Shown here one piece after another: positions 35,657 to 44,138 of a DNA stretch of 64,000 nucleotides (the stretch's first letter is position 1; each line of letters opens with the position of its first letter). A program made the position numbers and the translations under genes. The stretch spans positions 10,954 through 74,953 of the forward strand of contig JAFQVV010000015.1 in the NCBI GenBank assembly GCA_017407835.1. Reading direction: 5' to 3'. Source of the stretch: Clostridia bacterium. GTDB lineage: Bacteria > Bacillota > Clostridia > Oscillospirales > CAG-272. Below the pieces are notes generated by a model. It was not told where the DNA came from, did not search any database, and saw only the letters and a list, made by a program, of their open reading frames with translations.

Positions 35657-38188
35657 TCACTTCACAAACATCCGCTTCGCGGGCATCATTATTGCCGACA
35701 CCGCCGCGATTGCCACCGCCATCCACAGCGTGAGCATCGCATAGCCGTTGCCAAACAACGCCATCTCAGCCGACTGCAAGAACAGCGGCGTACCTGCCAG
35801 CAGGTTGAGGAAATTGACTTGCTCCGCCGCCGCAAGTCCGAAATAGGCACACAGTGCGGGCAGGAGCGTGAGAATCACAGCCGTGCCGAGGACGGGAATA
35901 TACCGTGCCAACAGCTCCGACAGCGCACAGACGAGCATCGCCATCAGCAAAGCCCCTACCGTACGCATGATAAAGAAGACCGCGAAATATTGCCCTATTG
36001 TAATGTCGCCGGATACATCTGCGAACATTTGCATTGATACCAGAGGGGCATTCATGGCAGGCAGGTCGTAGCCCATGACAATGATTGCGGTATCCACAGC
36101 ACCGGTGAGAAGAGCCAGAATGATCGCGATCATACCGGAGGAGATGAGCTTTGCGTAGAAGGTCTTGTGCCGTCCGTTTTTGGTGGAGCGGAGAAGCTGC
36201 GCAAAACTGCCGGAAGAGGATTTTGAAGCATATTCTGCCGCAAACGATCCGGTTAAGAGAAGTAAAATAGCCGCGTAGAGGAAGAGATCCGCATCTTCTG
36301 CGTACATCTTCTGCCAGCCCGAATCATAGACGAACCAACCACGCACACCGGTCTCGGATTCCTTTTGCTTTAGATATTCTGCGTGGTTTTCGATAACGGT
36401 TAGCAGCTTTGCCCGGGAGTAGGCATAGTTGAAGTCGGAAAGATATGCGCAATATTCATCGAAGGAAATTTCTTGGTTTTCGTATGCTTGCTGCATGATG
36501 CTTTGCTTGGCGATTGCTTCATCAATGCGCTTGCGTTCTTGGGCGAGGTAAGCTGATTTTTCTTCGGTCAGCGGTCCCTCCAGAGTGGTCATGTATTCCT
36601 TATATACTGCATCGGCATAAGAGTTTGATGGCGTGTTGGTGTCGTAGGAATACCATGTCTTCACGCAGAGAATGAGTAAAACGATGACCAGAAAGCGGGA
36701 GGAGATAAGTGTTTTGAAAATTTCAGCCAGAACCAATGCGCGGCTATAGGTGCGCATTTTGCGGCTTCTCCTGCGATTCGGAACAGAAATTTTATGATGA
36801 TGAAATTTGGCAATATTTATCATGCACCATGCGAGGGCAGTATCGATCCACCCAAGACGGAGACAAATCTTTCCTTTGCAGTAGAGAAAGATGGTAACCA
36901 TTGCACACACTACAATCAGCAGTGAAAATACGGTCAGCATGACGGGTAAAAATCCGGCAACGGTACCAAAGAGATTCATAGCGCGATACCGCACAAATAT
37001 CGGATTTCCTACCGCCCCGGTCATAAGGTTGAGATTTTTGAGGACATTGTTGCCGTCGATATAGGATATTATATAAAGTAAGAAATTGAGTCCAAACATG
37101 CCAAGACCGGAGAGATAAATGAGGATATAGTTGTAGAACAGCACCGACAGGGTGAGCACAATCATGGAAAACACCGCGAACGTCAGCAATTTTATGCCGA
37201 TGTTGGTGAGAAAATACTGGCCGATGGTAATTTGATAGGGGGAGAGTGTGAAGGTATTCAGCGCTTGAATCACGTTATGCGGAGAGGAAAATCCGATCCG
37301 CAAACCGTATACGGCAAATGTGGATAGAGTGAACATCAGCACGAAGATAGAGGAGAGCAAGAGCATGGTGAGTATTTTTGCCGTTGCCGTTCTGAGTCGC
37401 CCATTTTTTGCCGTGCGCATGATGGGCAGAAATCCACTTTGCTTTTCCTGCGCAAAAATCAAGCTGCCCAGCATAATGAGCATCATAAAGATAAAGATGT
37501 TCACTGTGTCGTAAGCGAAATATTCATCCCAACCCCGAGTGTATTCCACTTCAATTTCCACAGCATCTCGCATCTGTTCATATAATTCAATCACACGAAG
37601 TTGATAGCGATAGGTAAACGAATCTTCGGTAATATTCATATCGGCAAAAGCATCTAAATTGTCGCGCGCGCGTGTAATTACCCGCTCAAGCAAAGCAGGA
37701 TATTCCCGTGCCGCTTCAACATTGCTGTAAAGCTTGGCAAATAACAATTGGTCCGGATAAGCTTCATCGGTCGAATAAAGATTGGGCATCACCTGCGGCA
37801 AAAAATCATCATTTCCGTCTCGCATGGCTTGACGATGCAGTGTTTCCTGCTCGGCATTGAATGCCTGCATCTCGGCATAGTATGCATCCAATTCGGTCGA
37901 ATTTGCAGTGTATTCGGCAAAGAAAGCAGAGATCATTTGGGTGGGCTCTTTGGCCGCTTCCGTTTGATCGGCGGTATACCATGCAATGGCAGTGTTGAGC
38001 ATCAAAAGGAGAAAGAAGAATACCCACAAATATTTCACACCGAGAAGTTTTTTTATCTCATAGCCGACAAATTGTCGATTTTTTTGTTTTTGTGAGCATG
38101 TCCTCACCGCATCCGATTCATTGAGCAAACTTAACCAGTGCTCATCCACATAGCCGATGCCTTCAAATAATTTTTCAGCATTCTTCAT
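35657..38188 (-). CDS. 843-aa membrane protein: short cytoplasmic N-terminus plus two tandem ABC-2-type permease modules, each preceded by a large helical extracytoplasmic region
   Basis: ATGA overlap with the sigma gene stop. TM1 lies at about residues 58-80. FAQEKQSGFLPIMRTAKNGRLRT and AAEYASKSSSGSFAQLLRSTKNGRHKT are two copies of the ABC-2 permease E-x-x-x-G-(T/S)...R motif, each followed by about 5 TM helices. Confidence 0.65.
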   Translation of the reverse strand: MKNAEKLFEGIGYVDEHWLSLLNESDAVRTCSQKQKNRQFVGYEIKKLLGVKYLWVFFFLLLMLNTAIAWYTADQTEAAKEPTQMISAFFAEYTANSTELDAYYAEMQAFNAEQETLHRQAMRDGNDDFLPQVMPNLYSTDEAYPDQLLFAKLYSNVEAAREYPALLERVITRARDNLDAFADMNITEDSFTYRYQLRVIELYEQMRDAVEIEVEYTRGWDEYFAYDTVNIFIFMMLIMLGSLIFAQEKQSGFLPIMRTAKNGRLRTATAKILTMLLLSSIFVLMFTLSTFAVYGLRIGFSSPHNVIQALNTFTLSPYQITIGQYFLTNIGIKLLTFAVFSMIVLTLSVLFYNYILIYLSGLGMFGLNFLLYIISYIDGNNVLKNLNLMTGAVGNPIFVRYRAMNLFGTVAGFLPVMLTVFSLLIVVCAMVTIFLYCKGKICLRLGWIDTALAWCMINIAKFHHHKISVPNRRRSRKMRTYSRALVLAEIFKTLISSRFLVIVLLILCVKTWYSYDTNTPSNSYADAVYKEYMTTLEGPLTEEKSAYLAQERKRIDEAIAKQSIMQQAYENQEISFDEYCAYLSDFNYAYSRAKLLTVIENHAEYLKQKESETGVRGWFVYDSGWQKMYAEDADLFLYAAILLLLTGSFAAEYASKSSSGSFAQLLRSTKNGRHKTFYAKLISSGMIAIILALLTGAVDTAIIVMGYDLPAMNAPLVSMQMFADVSGDITIGQYFAVFFIMRTVGALLMAMLVCALSELLARYIPVLGTAVILTLLPALCAYFGLAAAEQVNFLNLLAGTPLFLQSAEMALFGNGYAMLTLWMAVAIAAVSAIMMPAKRMFVK

Positions 38189-38721
38189 AGCGGTATTCCC
38201 TCCTTTTCCAGATGATTTTTTAATTGTTTTCGTAATTTTGCCAGGATTTTGGAAATTTGATTTTGTCTCATGCCGAGTTTTGCTGCGATTTCTTTCACCG
38301 GTTCGGAACAGAAATAGCGTCGGATAAAGATGATACTTTCCCGCTTCGGAAGCATCTCCAGAAAAGAATCAATCGCATGTCCGATGTCCTGTGGCGTCAT
38401 ATCCGTTATGTCTTCACTGATGCACTCGTTTAATTCCACCAAAACAGCAGAGCGTTTCTGCCGATTCTTCGCTTTGATTGTGTTGAGAGCAAAATTACGG
38501 CAAATGCGCAGAGCATATGCCCCAAGAAAATTCGGATTCTCGGGCGGAATAGAATTCCAGACAGCCAAACAGGTGTCATTGAAACACTCCTCGGCATCTG
38601 ATGCGTTTCCTGTAATTTCTTTTGCCGCACAGAGACACAGGCGTTTGTAGGCTCGTTCAAATTCGGTTATGGCGCGTTCATCACGCCGCCAAAACAAGGT
38701 GATAATTTGCACATCTTCCAT
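38185..38721 (-). CDS. RNA polymerase sigma-70 family, ECF-type sigma factor
   Basis: 178 aa. The region 2 pattern (FERAYKRLCLCAAKEITGNASDAEECFNDTCLAVWNSI, LGAYALRICRNFALN) and the region 4 HTH (RESIIFIRRYFCSEPVKEIAAKLGMRQNQISKILAKLRKQL) are present. AAAGGAGGG SD. Confidence 0.85.
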   Translation of the reverse strand: MEDVQIITLFWRRDERAITEFERAYKRLCLCAAKEITGNASDAEECFNDTCLAVWNSIPPENPNFLGAYALRICRNFALNTIKAKNRQKRSAVLVELNECISEDITDMTPQDIGHAIDSFLEMLPKRESIIFIRRYFCSEPVKEIAAKLGMRQNQISKILAKLRKQLKNHLEKEGIPL

Positions 38722-38751
38722 ATGTACCCTCCTTTCTTGTGGGGATAAGCA

Positions 38752-38781
38752 TAGACAAACGGCCCCCTTGTGGTCCTTTCA
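38752..38781 (-). promoter_or_regulatory. candidate ECF-type (autoregulatory) promoter
   Basis: The minus strand reads TGAAAG, 18 nt, TGTCTA, about 30 nt upstream of the sigma start codon. It resembles the TGAAAC-N16/17-CGTCTA class but is imperfect. Confidence 0.3.
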
Positions 38782-38874
38782 CCGATAAAGACAACATTTT
38801 GGGAGAAATCTGCCAACACGTGCAAGAAAAAACAAGATAAATGAATCTCTTATGCAAACTTAAACGGATACAAT

Positions 38875-38930
38875 CCAAAACAGCGGAAACAGCCGGAGGG
38901 AACAATCGGCGATAGTATCCGCTGTTTTGG
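38875..38930 (-). promoter_or_regulatory. 13-bp perfect inverted repeat (stem-loop) at the 5' end of the sigma-operon leader
   Basis: CCAAAACAGCGGA (38875-38887) and TCCGCTGTTTTGG (38918-38930) are separated by a 30-nt spacer that can itself pair (GCCG/CGGC). It lies just downstream of the sigma-A type promoter at 38945-38973. Confidence 0.45.
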
Positions 38931-38944
38931 CTTGTTTTATCTAA

Positions 38945-38973
38945 ATTATATCACGCACTGCGCGCCCAAGCAA
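38945..38973 (-). promoter_or_regulatory. sigma-A type promoter reading toward the ECF sigma operon
   Basis: The minus strand reads TTGCTT, 17 nt, TGaTATAAT. It is overlapped by an 8-bp inverted repeat, TATCACGC...GCGTGATA (38948-38981). Confidence 0.5.
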
Positions 38974-39007
38974 GGCGTGATAGCCGACGAAAATAAAGAA
39001 AAAACAC

Positions 39008-39037
39008 TTGACAGCATATTTGCAATTATTTTATAAT
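39008..39037 (+). promoter_or_regulatory. sigma-A type promoter for comEC
   Basis: TTGACA (39008-39013), 18 nt, TATAAT (39032-39037). Confidence 0.5.
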
Positions 39038-39077
39038 GATAAAAGTGAAAAATGCAATGTTGCCGGGAGGTGGCTGA

Positions 39078-41351
39078 ATGCAGCTCTTTTTCAGACGTCC
39101 GCTGTGTTTGTTGTGTACATTTGCTGTTTTGGCCATGCTTGGCGGGTATTTTCTTTCTTTTTCCTGCTTTTGGTGGCTCTGTCTGCTTTTCTTGTTTATG
39201 TGCATCGTGACTGTCGGAGGAATCTATACCAAGCGAATTGCGTTTTTTACCGGTTGTATGCTGGTCGCATCCATGTTGGCGATTGTATTGGGATTTTGCG
39301 TATCCGCAAGCTTTTTTCAATTGAAGCTTGTCGAATTGGAGAAAAAGCACGGAGAGACGCATATTGTCGAGGGGCAGCTTATCCGCCGTGAATGGGGAGG
39401 CAGTTATTACTCGGGTTATCTTATGCATTTGTATACGGTGGACGGCGAGAAAATATCGGCGGATGTTTTGCTTTCGTGTGAATATCCCGCAGCTTGGCGC
39501 GTAGGCGAGGTTGTATGCATATCGGTGGAATGTCAGGCGTTCGAGCAGGAAAGTGATGGATTTGCCGAACGGCGGTATTATTTATCCAAAGGCATCTTGA
39601 TGCGATTGTCCTCGGAAGATTCAAGTGATGTTTTATCCGTCAAGGAAGGAAAGCACTCACTTCGGATTTCGGCAGAACGCTTTAATCTTTTGCTCAGCGC
39701 ACGAATTGAGCAGGCAGTTGGAGACGAAGGCACAAGTTCACTGCTGTCAGCACTTTTTCTTGGACGTCGGGATGATCTTGATGATGCCGTTATTCGGGAT
39801 TTTCGTCGTCTCGGACTGTCTCATCTGCTTGCGTTGAGTGGATTGCATCTGACATTTCTTGTTCGGATTGTGGATTGGATGTTAGGCAAATTTTTGCGAA
39901 AATCAGCATTTCGATCATTGCTTATCTTGGTCGTGATCGGCGGATATACACTTCTCGCAGGAGCGCCCATCTCGGTGGTGCGCGCAGGGATTATGTTAGC
40001 AATCGCAGAGTTGTTTTCTCTGCTGTGGGATGAAAGTGACGGACAAACCGCGCTTTTCCTCGCCGTTTCGTTGATTTGTCTCTGCAATCCGCCGTCATTG
40101 CTCGATCTTGGGCTTTGGATGTCGGCATTTTCTACCTTGGCATTGATTTTGTTTGAGCGCATACAGCCATGGAATCGATGTGATCGCTTGATTCGCATTC
40201 CGCTTGAGACGGTGAGTGTTACGTTGGGCGCAACATTTGCAACACTCCCATTTGTTTGGCTGAGCGGCGGGGAACTTTCGCTTTTGGCAATTCCCGCGAA
40301 TTTGATTTTTGTTCCCCTTGTCTCTGTACTGCTTGCTTGTGCACCCGTTTGCATTGTATTGGGTGAGCTTGGAGAGTTGATTTGTCGACCGATGGTTTGG
40401 CTTGCGCAAGGTGTACTTTGGCTTGCGGAGAAATTTTCAGACGGGCGGGGAATTACGGTTTCCCTGCAATATGAATTTTTGCCTATCGTTTTATTGCCGG
40501 TCATCATTTTCATCTTGGTCGTTCTGTTGATCAGGATACGGCGGAAATGGATATTCGTCATTCCCGTGTGTTTGTTGATTGTTTCATTGCCGATCGGCGT
40601 GTTGTATGCGCAAAACGATTCGGCTGTTGATTTGATTTATGATGTCGATGGAAAGAACGAAACTATTGCCCTGCAGAGCAGCAGAGGGGCTTTGATTTGC
40701 GATTTGACCGATGGCTCGTATTCCGCACTTTATTCTGCGGCAAATCACATAAAAAGCCTGGGCGAAACAGAGGTAGAGGTGTTAATGCTGACGCACTATC
40801 ATACCGGACATATTGGGGCGGTTTTTCGTTTCTGCAATAAGGTAAAAGTCAGACAGTTGTGGCTTCCATATCCCAATACCGAACGAGAGTGGGAAATTCT
40901 GCTTGACCTTACCGAGAATGCAGAACTGCAAAACATCACGGTTTCACTGTATCACGAAGGGGAGGAGATTTATTTCGGCAACGCGGAAATTATTCCGTAT
41001 ACGCGGGAATTGCTGACGCGCTCATCTCAGCCGTTGCTTTTGCTGCAGATCAAAACAGGTGAGCGGGCGTTGACATATATCGGTGGGTCTGTACAGGAAG
41101 GCACACTTGGGGCGACGGCAGATGAATTTATAGCAGAAAGTCAAATTGTGATCTTCGGCGATCACGGACCGAATCGAAAAAAGGTATTTGCATGGGAATC
41201 TGCCCCCAACCTTGAAACGATGGTTTTTTCCACGCATGATTGTCTGTCTTGGGTAGACGTCGGCAATGTGTATGTGGCCCGGGCGATGATGGATAGTGCC
41301 GTCAGTATTGCGGAAGGGTGGACAAACGAACCTGTTTTTCGGCTTGAATGA
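39078..41351 (+). CDS. comEC: DNA internalization-related competence protein ComEC/Rec2
   Basis: 757 aa. The N-terminal TM/OB region, the polytopic competence domain (GLSHLLALSGLHLTFL) and the C-terminal metallo-beta-lactamase motif (MLTHYHTGHIGA) are present. SD is GGGAGGTGG. Confidence 0.85.
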   Translation: MQLFFRRPLCLLCTFAVLAMLGGYFLSFSCFWWLCLLFLFMCIVTVGGIYTKRIAFFTGCMLVASMLAIVLGFCVSASFFQLKLVELEKKHGETHIVEGQLIRREWGGSYYSGYLMHLYTVDGEKISADVLLSCEYPAAWRVGEVVCISVECQAFEQESDGFAERRYYLSKGILMRLSSEDSSDVLSVKEGKHSLRISAERFNLLLSARIEQAVGDEGTSSLLSALFLGRRDDLDDAVIRDFRRLGLSHLLALSGLHLTFLVRIVDWMLGKFLRKSAFRSLLILVVIGGYTLLAGAPISVVRAGIMLAIAELFSLLWDESDGQTALFLAVSLICLCNPPSLLDLGLWMSAFSTLALILFERIQPWNRCDRLIRIPLETVSVTLGATFATLPFVWLSGGELSLLAIPANLIFVPLVSVLLACAPVCIVLGELGELICRPMVWLAQGVLWLAEKFSDGRGITVSLQYEFLPIVLLPVIIFILVVLLIRIRRKWIFVIPVCLLIVSLPIGVLYAQNDSAVDLIYDVDGKNETIALQSSRGALICDLTDGSYSALYSAANHIKSLGETEVEVLMLTHYHTGHIGAVFRFCNKVKVRQLWLPYPNTEREWEILLDLTENAELQNITVSLYHEGEEIYFGNAEIIPYTRELLTRSSQPLLLLQIKTGERALTYIGGSVQEGTLGATADEFIAESQIVIFGDHGPNRKKVFAWESAPNLETMVFSTHDCLSWVDVGNVYVARAMMDSAVSIAEGWTNEPVFRLE

Positions 41352-41379
41352 TAAAGATTCACGCATACACTGTTTTTAT

Positions 41380-41410
41380 GGGGCGAACAGCTTGGTTCGC
41401 CCCATTTTTA
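41380..41410 (+). terminator. rho-independent terminator after comEC
   Basis: GGGGCGAAC-agcttg-GTTCGCCCC followed by ATTTTTAT. Confidence 0.8.
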
Positions 41411-41548
41411 TGATTCTTGATCTTTTCAATGTGCGCAAGAGGTGTTCATGATACGTCCAAAGCTCGGTTGGGGGCCGCACTTTTCATGTAGGATGGCATA
41501 TACTGTAGATGAAGCGCGAAAAACGTCTTCAGAACACCAAAAGGAGAA

Positions 41549-41899
41549 ATGTCAATGTACAACGTAGAGGATATCCGCACCCCGCGTGATCGGATTAACG
41601 AAGAAATGCTTCGCCGTCTGCTTGAGGATGAGCAGGGAAGTTGCGCGTGCGGAAATACCCGTGTTTCCCAAACTCGTTCGGAATCAGGCAGTTATATGCG
41701 CGGATGCGATCGCGTGAGCGACGGTATGCCGCTTGCGATGGTTTATTCACCCTGCCAGATCTGGCGTGGAATTTATGATTGCGAAACCGCGCTGCGTCGA
41801 GGGACACTTTTCAAAGAGCTTGACAAACCGTGGGGTGTTGAGCGCAGAAATTCCTGCGCATCAAATACGGTGAAAGGGGGATGCGGCTGTGGAAAATAA
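41549..41899 (+). CDS. cotJA: spore coat-associated protein CotJA
   Basis: The C-terminal MVYSPCQIWRGIYDCETALRRGTLFKELDKPW matches the CotJA signature. It is first of a cotJABC triplet. Confidence 0.75.
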   Translation: MSMYNVEDIRTPRDRINEEMLRRLLEDEQGSCACGNTRVSQTRSESGSYMRGCDRVSDGMPLAMVYSPCQIWRGIYDCETALRRGTLFKELDKPWGVERRNSCASNTVKGGCGCGK

Positions 41900-42149
41900 T
41901 TGTGGGAAAGCACTGCTTAACAAGCTGCGCATGATCGATTTTTCCATTTATGAAACCGTACTCTTTCTGGATGCTTATCCCGAGGACAACGAGGCCCTCG
42001 CTTACTATCATAAATTGCTTGAACAGCGAAAAGCATTGATGAGCGAATATGAAACCAAAGTCGGCCCGTTGACCATCTACGGGAATACCTGCGGCAACGA
42101 ATGGAAATGGATTAAACAGCCTTGGCCGTGGGAATATGACGCCAACTGA
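41889..42149 (+). CDS. cotJB: spore coat protein CotJB
   Basis: GTG start overlaps the cotJA end. LLNKLRMIDFSIYETVLFLDAYPEDNEALAYYHKL is the CotJB pattern. Confidence 0.8.
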   Translation: MENNCGKALLNKLRMIDFSIYETVLFLDAYPEDNEALAYYHKLLEQRKALMSEYETKVGPLTIYGNTCGNEWKWIKQPWPWEYDAN

Positions 42150-42178
42150 GCCAACGATCGAGGAAAGGATTTCTTTAT

Positions 42179-42793
42179 ATGTGGAATTACGAGAAAAAAT
42201 TGCAATATCCGGTGAAGATTAAGAATCCCAACCCCAAGTTGGCGCAAGTCATTATCAGCCAGCTCGGCGGACCTGACGGAGAATTGGCAGCATCCATGCG
42301 CTATCTCCATCAACGCTACGCAATGCCGTACGCGGAAATTACGGGGATTCTCACCGATGTCGGCACCGAGGAGCTGGCACATTTGGAGATGGTTGCTGCG
42401 ATTTTGTATCAGCTGACCAGAAATCTCAACGAAGAGCAAATCCGCGACGGCGGCTTTGAGACGTATTTTGTTGATCATACAACAGGAATTTATCCGATTG
42501 CCGCTTCGGGTGTTCCGTTTGATATGAAATACGTGGGCATTAAGGGGGATTTGCTTGCCGATATCCATGAGGATATGGCAGCAGAACAAAAAGCCCGTGT
42601 GACCTATGACAACATTCTGCGTCTGACGGACGATCCCGATGTCAGAGATCCCATCAAGTTCCTGCGCGAACGGGAGATTGTGCACTATCAACGGTTCGGC
42701 GATGCGCTGAGAATTGCACAGGATCATATGGACAGTCGAAATTATTATGTAAGCAACCCCTCATTTGACATGGGCTGCTCACAAAAATCGTGA
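42179..42793 (+). CDS. cotJC: spore coat protein CotJC (manganese catalase family)
   Basis: MWNYEKKLQYPVKIKNPNPKLAQVIISQLGGPDGELAASMRYLHQRY and EELAHLEMV are di-metal ligand motifs. Confidence 0.9.
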   Translation: MWNYEKKLQYPVKIKNPNPKLAQVIISQLGGPDGELAASMRYLHQRYAMPYAEITGILTDVGTEELAHLEMVAAILYQLTRNLNEEQIRDGGFETYFVDHTTGIYPIAASGVPFDMKYVGIKGDLLADIHEDMAAEQKARVTYDNILRLTDDPDVRDPIKFLREREIVHYQRFGDALRIAQDHMDSRNYYVSNPSFDMGCSQKS

Positions 42794-42808
42794 AAGCGGA
42801 CCAATAAA

Positions 42809-42839
42809 AAAGGAGCGGACAAATTTGTCCGCTCCTTTC
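42809..42839. terminator. bidirectional terminator (cotJC / oxidoreductase gamma convergent)
   Basis: AAAGGAGCGGAC-aaattt-GTCCGCTCCTTT. Confidence 0.8.
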
Positions 42840-42850
42840 GGTGTGTTTGC

Positions 42851-43387
42851 TTATACTTCGTAGGTATATCCAATCTCAAGTGCACGCTTGTTTTTTTCAA
42901 TCAGTGCAGATTTGGATGCGGGAATGCCCTTGATCATCAAATCAAGGAAGCTTGCATAGTCAAAGAGTCCGGTCTGCTTGAGCAGCTGCCCAAGAACAAT
43001 CACATTTGCAAAGCCTTCAAGCTTGTTTTCCGCTGCAAGACCGGTGGCGGGGAGGCGGCAGATGCGAATATCGTTGCGCGTTGATTCTTTTGCAATCAGT
43101 GTGCTGTCTGCAATGAGCAGGCCGCCGGGAACGATGGTCGGTTCAAATTTATCAAAGGAGGGGAGATTCAGTGCGATCAGCACATCGGGGGTGGTAACAA
43201 TCGGAGAACCGATTTCCTCATCCGAAATGATAACCGAGCAGTTTGCAGCACCGCCGCGCATCTCAGGTCCATAAGAGGGAAGCCAGGAAACCTGCAGATC
43301 AGAATACATTGCGGTTTTGGCAAGCTGCTTACCCGCGAAAAGGATGCCCTGTCCGCCGAAGCCCGCAAGAAGGATTTTCGTTGTCAT
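42851..43387 (-). CDS. 2-oxoacid:ferredoxin oxidoreductase, gamma subunit
   Basis: MTTKILLAGFGGQGILFAGKQLA...SYGPEMRGG is the gamma-subunit pattern. Confidence 0.85.
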   Translation of the reverse strand: MTTKILLAGFGGQGILFAGKQLAKTAMYSDLQVSWLPSYGPEMRGGAANCSVIISDEEIGSPIVTTPDVLIALNLPSFDKFEPTIVPGGLLIADSTLIAKESTRNDIRICRLPATGLAAENKLEGFANVIVLGQLLKQTGLFDYASFLDLMIKGIPASKSALIEKNKRALEIGYTYEV

Positions 43388-43388
43388 A

Positions 43389-44138
43389 TCAGTTCTCCTC
43401 CTTTGCGTCGATGTCTTTGTAGACGCCCAACGGATAGTGGGGCATCATATTTTGGCGAAGCCATTCAAGCGAATCGGCGGGGGACATACCCCAGTTTGTC
43501 GGACAAGTTGAGAGCACCTCGATGATAGAGAAGCCCTTGCCGTCGATCTGATTCTGGAATGCCTTTCGGATTGCTTTTTTTGCGTGATTGATGTTCTTGG
43601 GTGAATCCACCGAAACACGCTCGGCATAAGCGACACCATCAAGTGTGGAGAGCATCTCACACACGCGAACGGGATTACCCTGGATTTTGGGATCACGGCC
43701 ATAGGGCGAGGTGGTGGTCACTTGCCCGGGCAGAGTAGTGGGTGCCATCTGACCGCCCGTCATGCCGTAGATTGCGTTGTTGATAAAGATGATGGTGATG
43801 TTCTCACCGCGGGTGGCCGAATGAACGGTCTCGGCGGTACCGATGGCAGCCAAGTCGCCGTCGCCCTGATAGGTGAAAACGATGGAATCGGGATGTGTGC
43901 GCTTAACGCCGGTCGCAACTGCGGGTGCACGGCCGTGTGCCGCCTGAATCATATCACATTCAAAATAGTTATAAGCAAAAACCGAGCAGCCAACGGGAGC
44001 GACGCCCACCGTTTTGTCGGTAATATCCAACGCATCAAGTGCCTCTGCCACCAAGCGGTGGACGATTCCGTGCGTACAGCCGGGGCAGTAATGCAGCGGG
44101 ACATTGGAAAGTGATTTCGGTTTGTCAAATACGATCAT
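43389..44138 (-). CDS. 2-oxoacid:ferredoxin oxidoreductase, beta (TPP-binding) subunit
   Basis: HYCPGCTHGIVHR and GDGDLAAIG...NNAIYGMTGGQ are the TPP motif. Confidence 0.9.
   Translation of the reverse strand: MIVFDKPKSLSNVPLHYCPGCTHGIVHRLVAEALDALDITDKTVGVAPVGCSVFAYNYFECDMIQAAHGRAPAVATGVKRTHPDSIVFTYQGDGDLAAIGTAETVHSATRGENITIIFINNAIYGMTGGQMAPTTLPGQVTTTSPYGRDPKIQGNPVRVCEMLSTLDGVAYAERVSVDSPKNINHAKKAIRKAFQNQIDGKGFSIIEVLSTCPTNWGMSPADSLEWLRQNMMPHYPLGVYKDIDAKEEN

Noticed and set aside
38681-38905. 74-aa ORF in the sigma-operon leader, and 38946..39428 (160 aa) across the comEC promoter and 5' end
   Set aside because: TTG start or no SD. They overlap better-supported genes or promoters, and their translations are not protein-like.
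41480-41510. Sigma-E type promoter for cotJABC (CATATACT around 41497-41504)
   Set aside because: Only the -10-like element resembles the CATACA-T consensus. I could not find a convincing -35 at the right spacing, so this is too weak to annotate.
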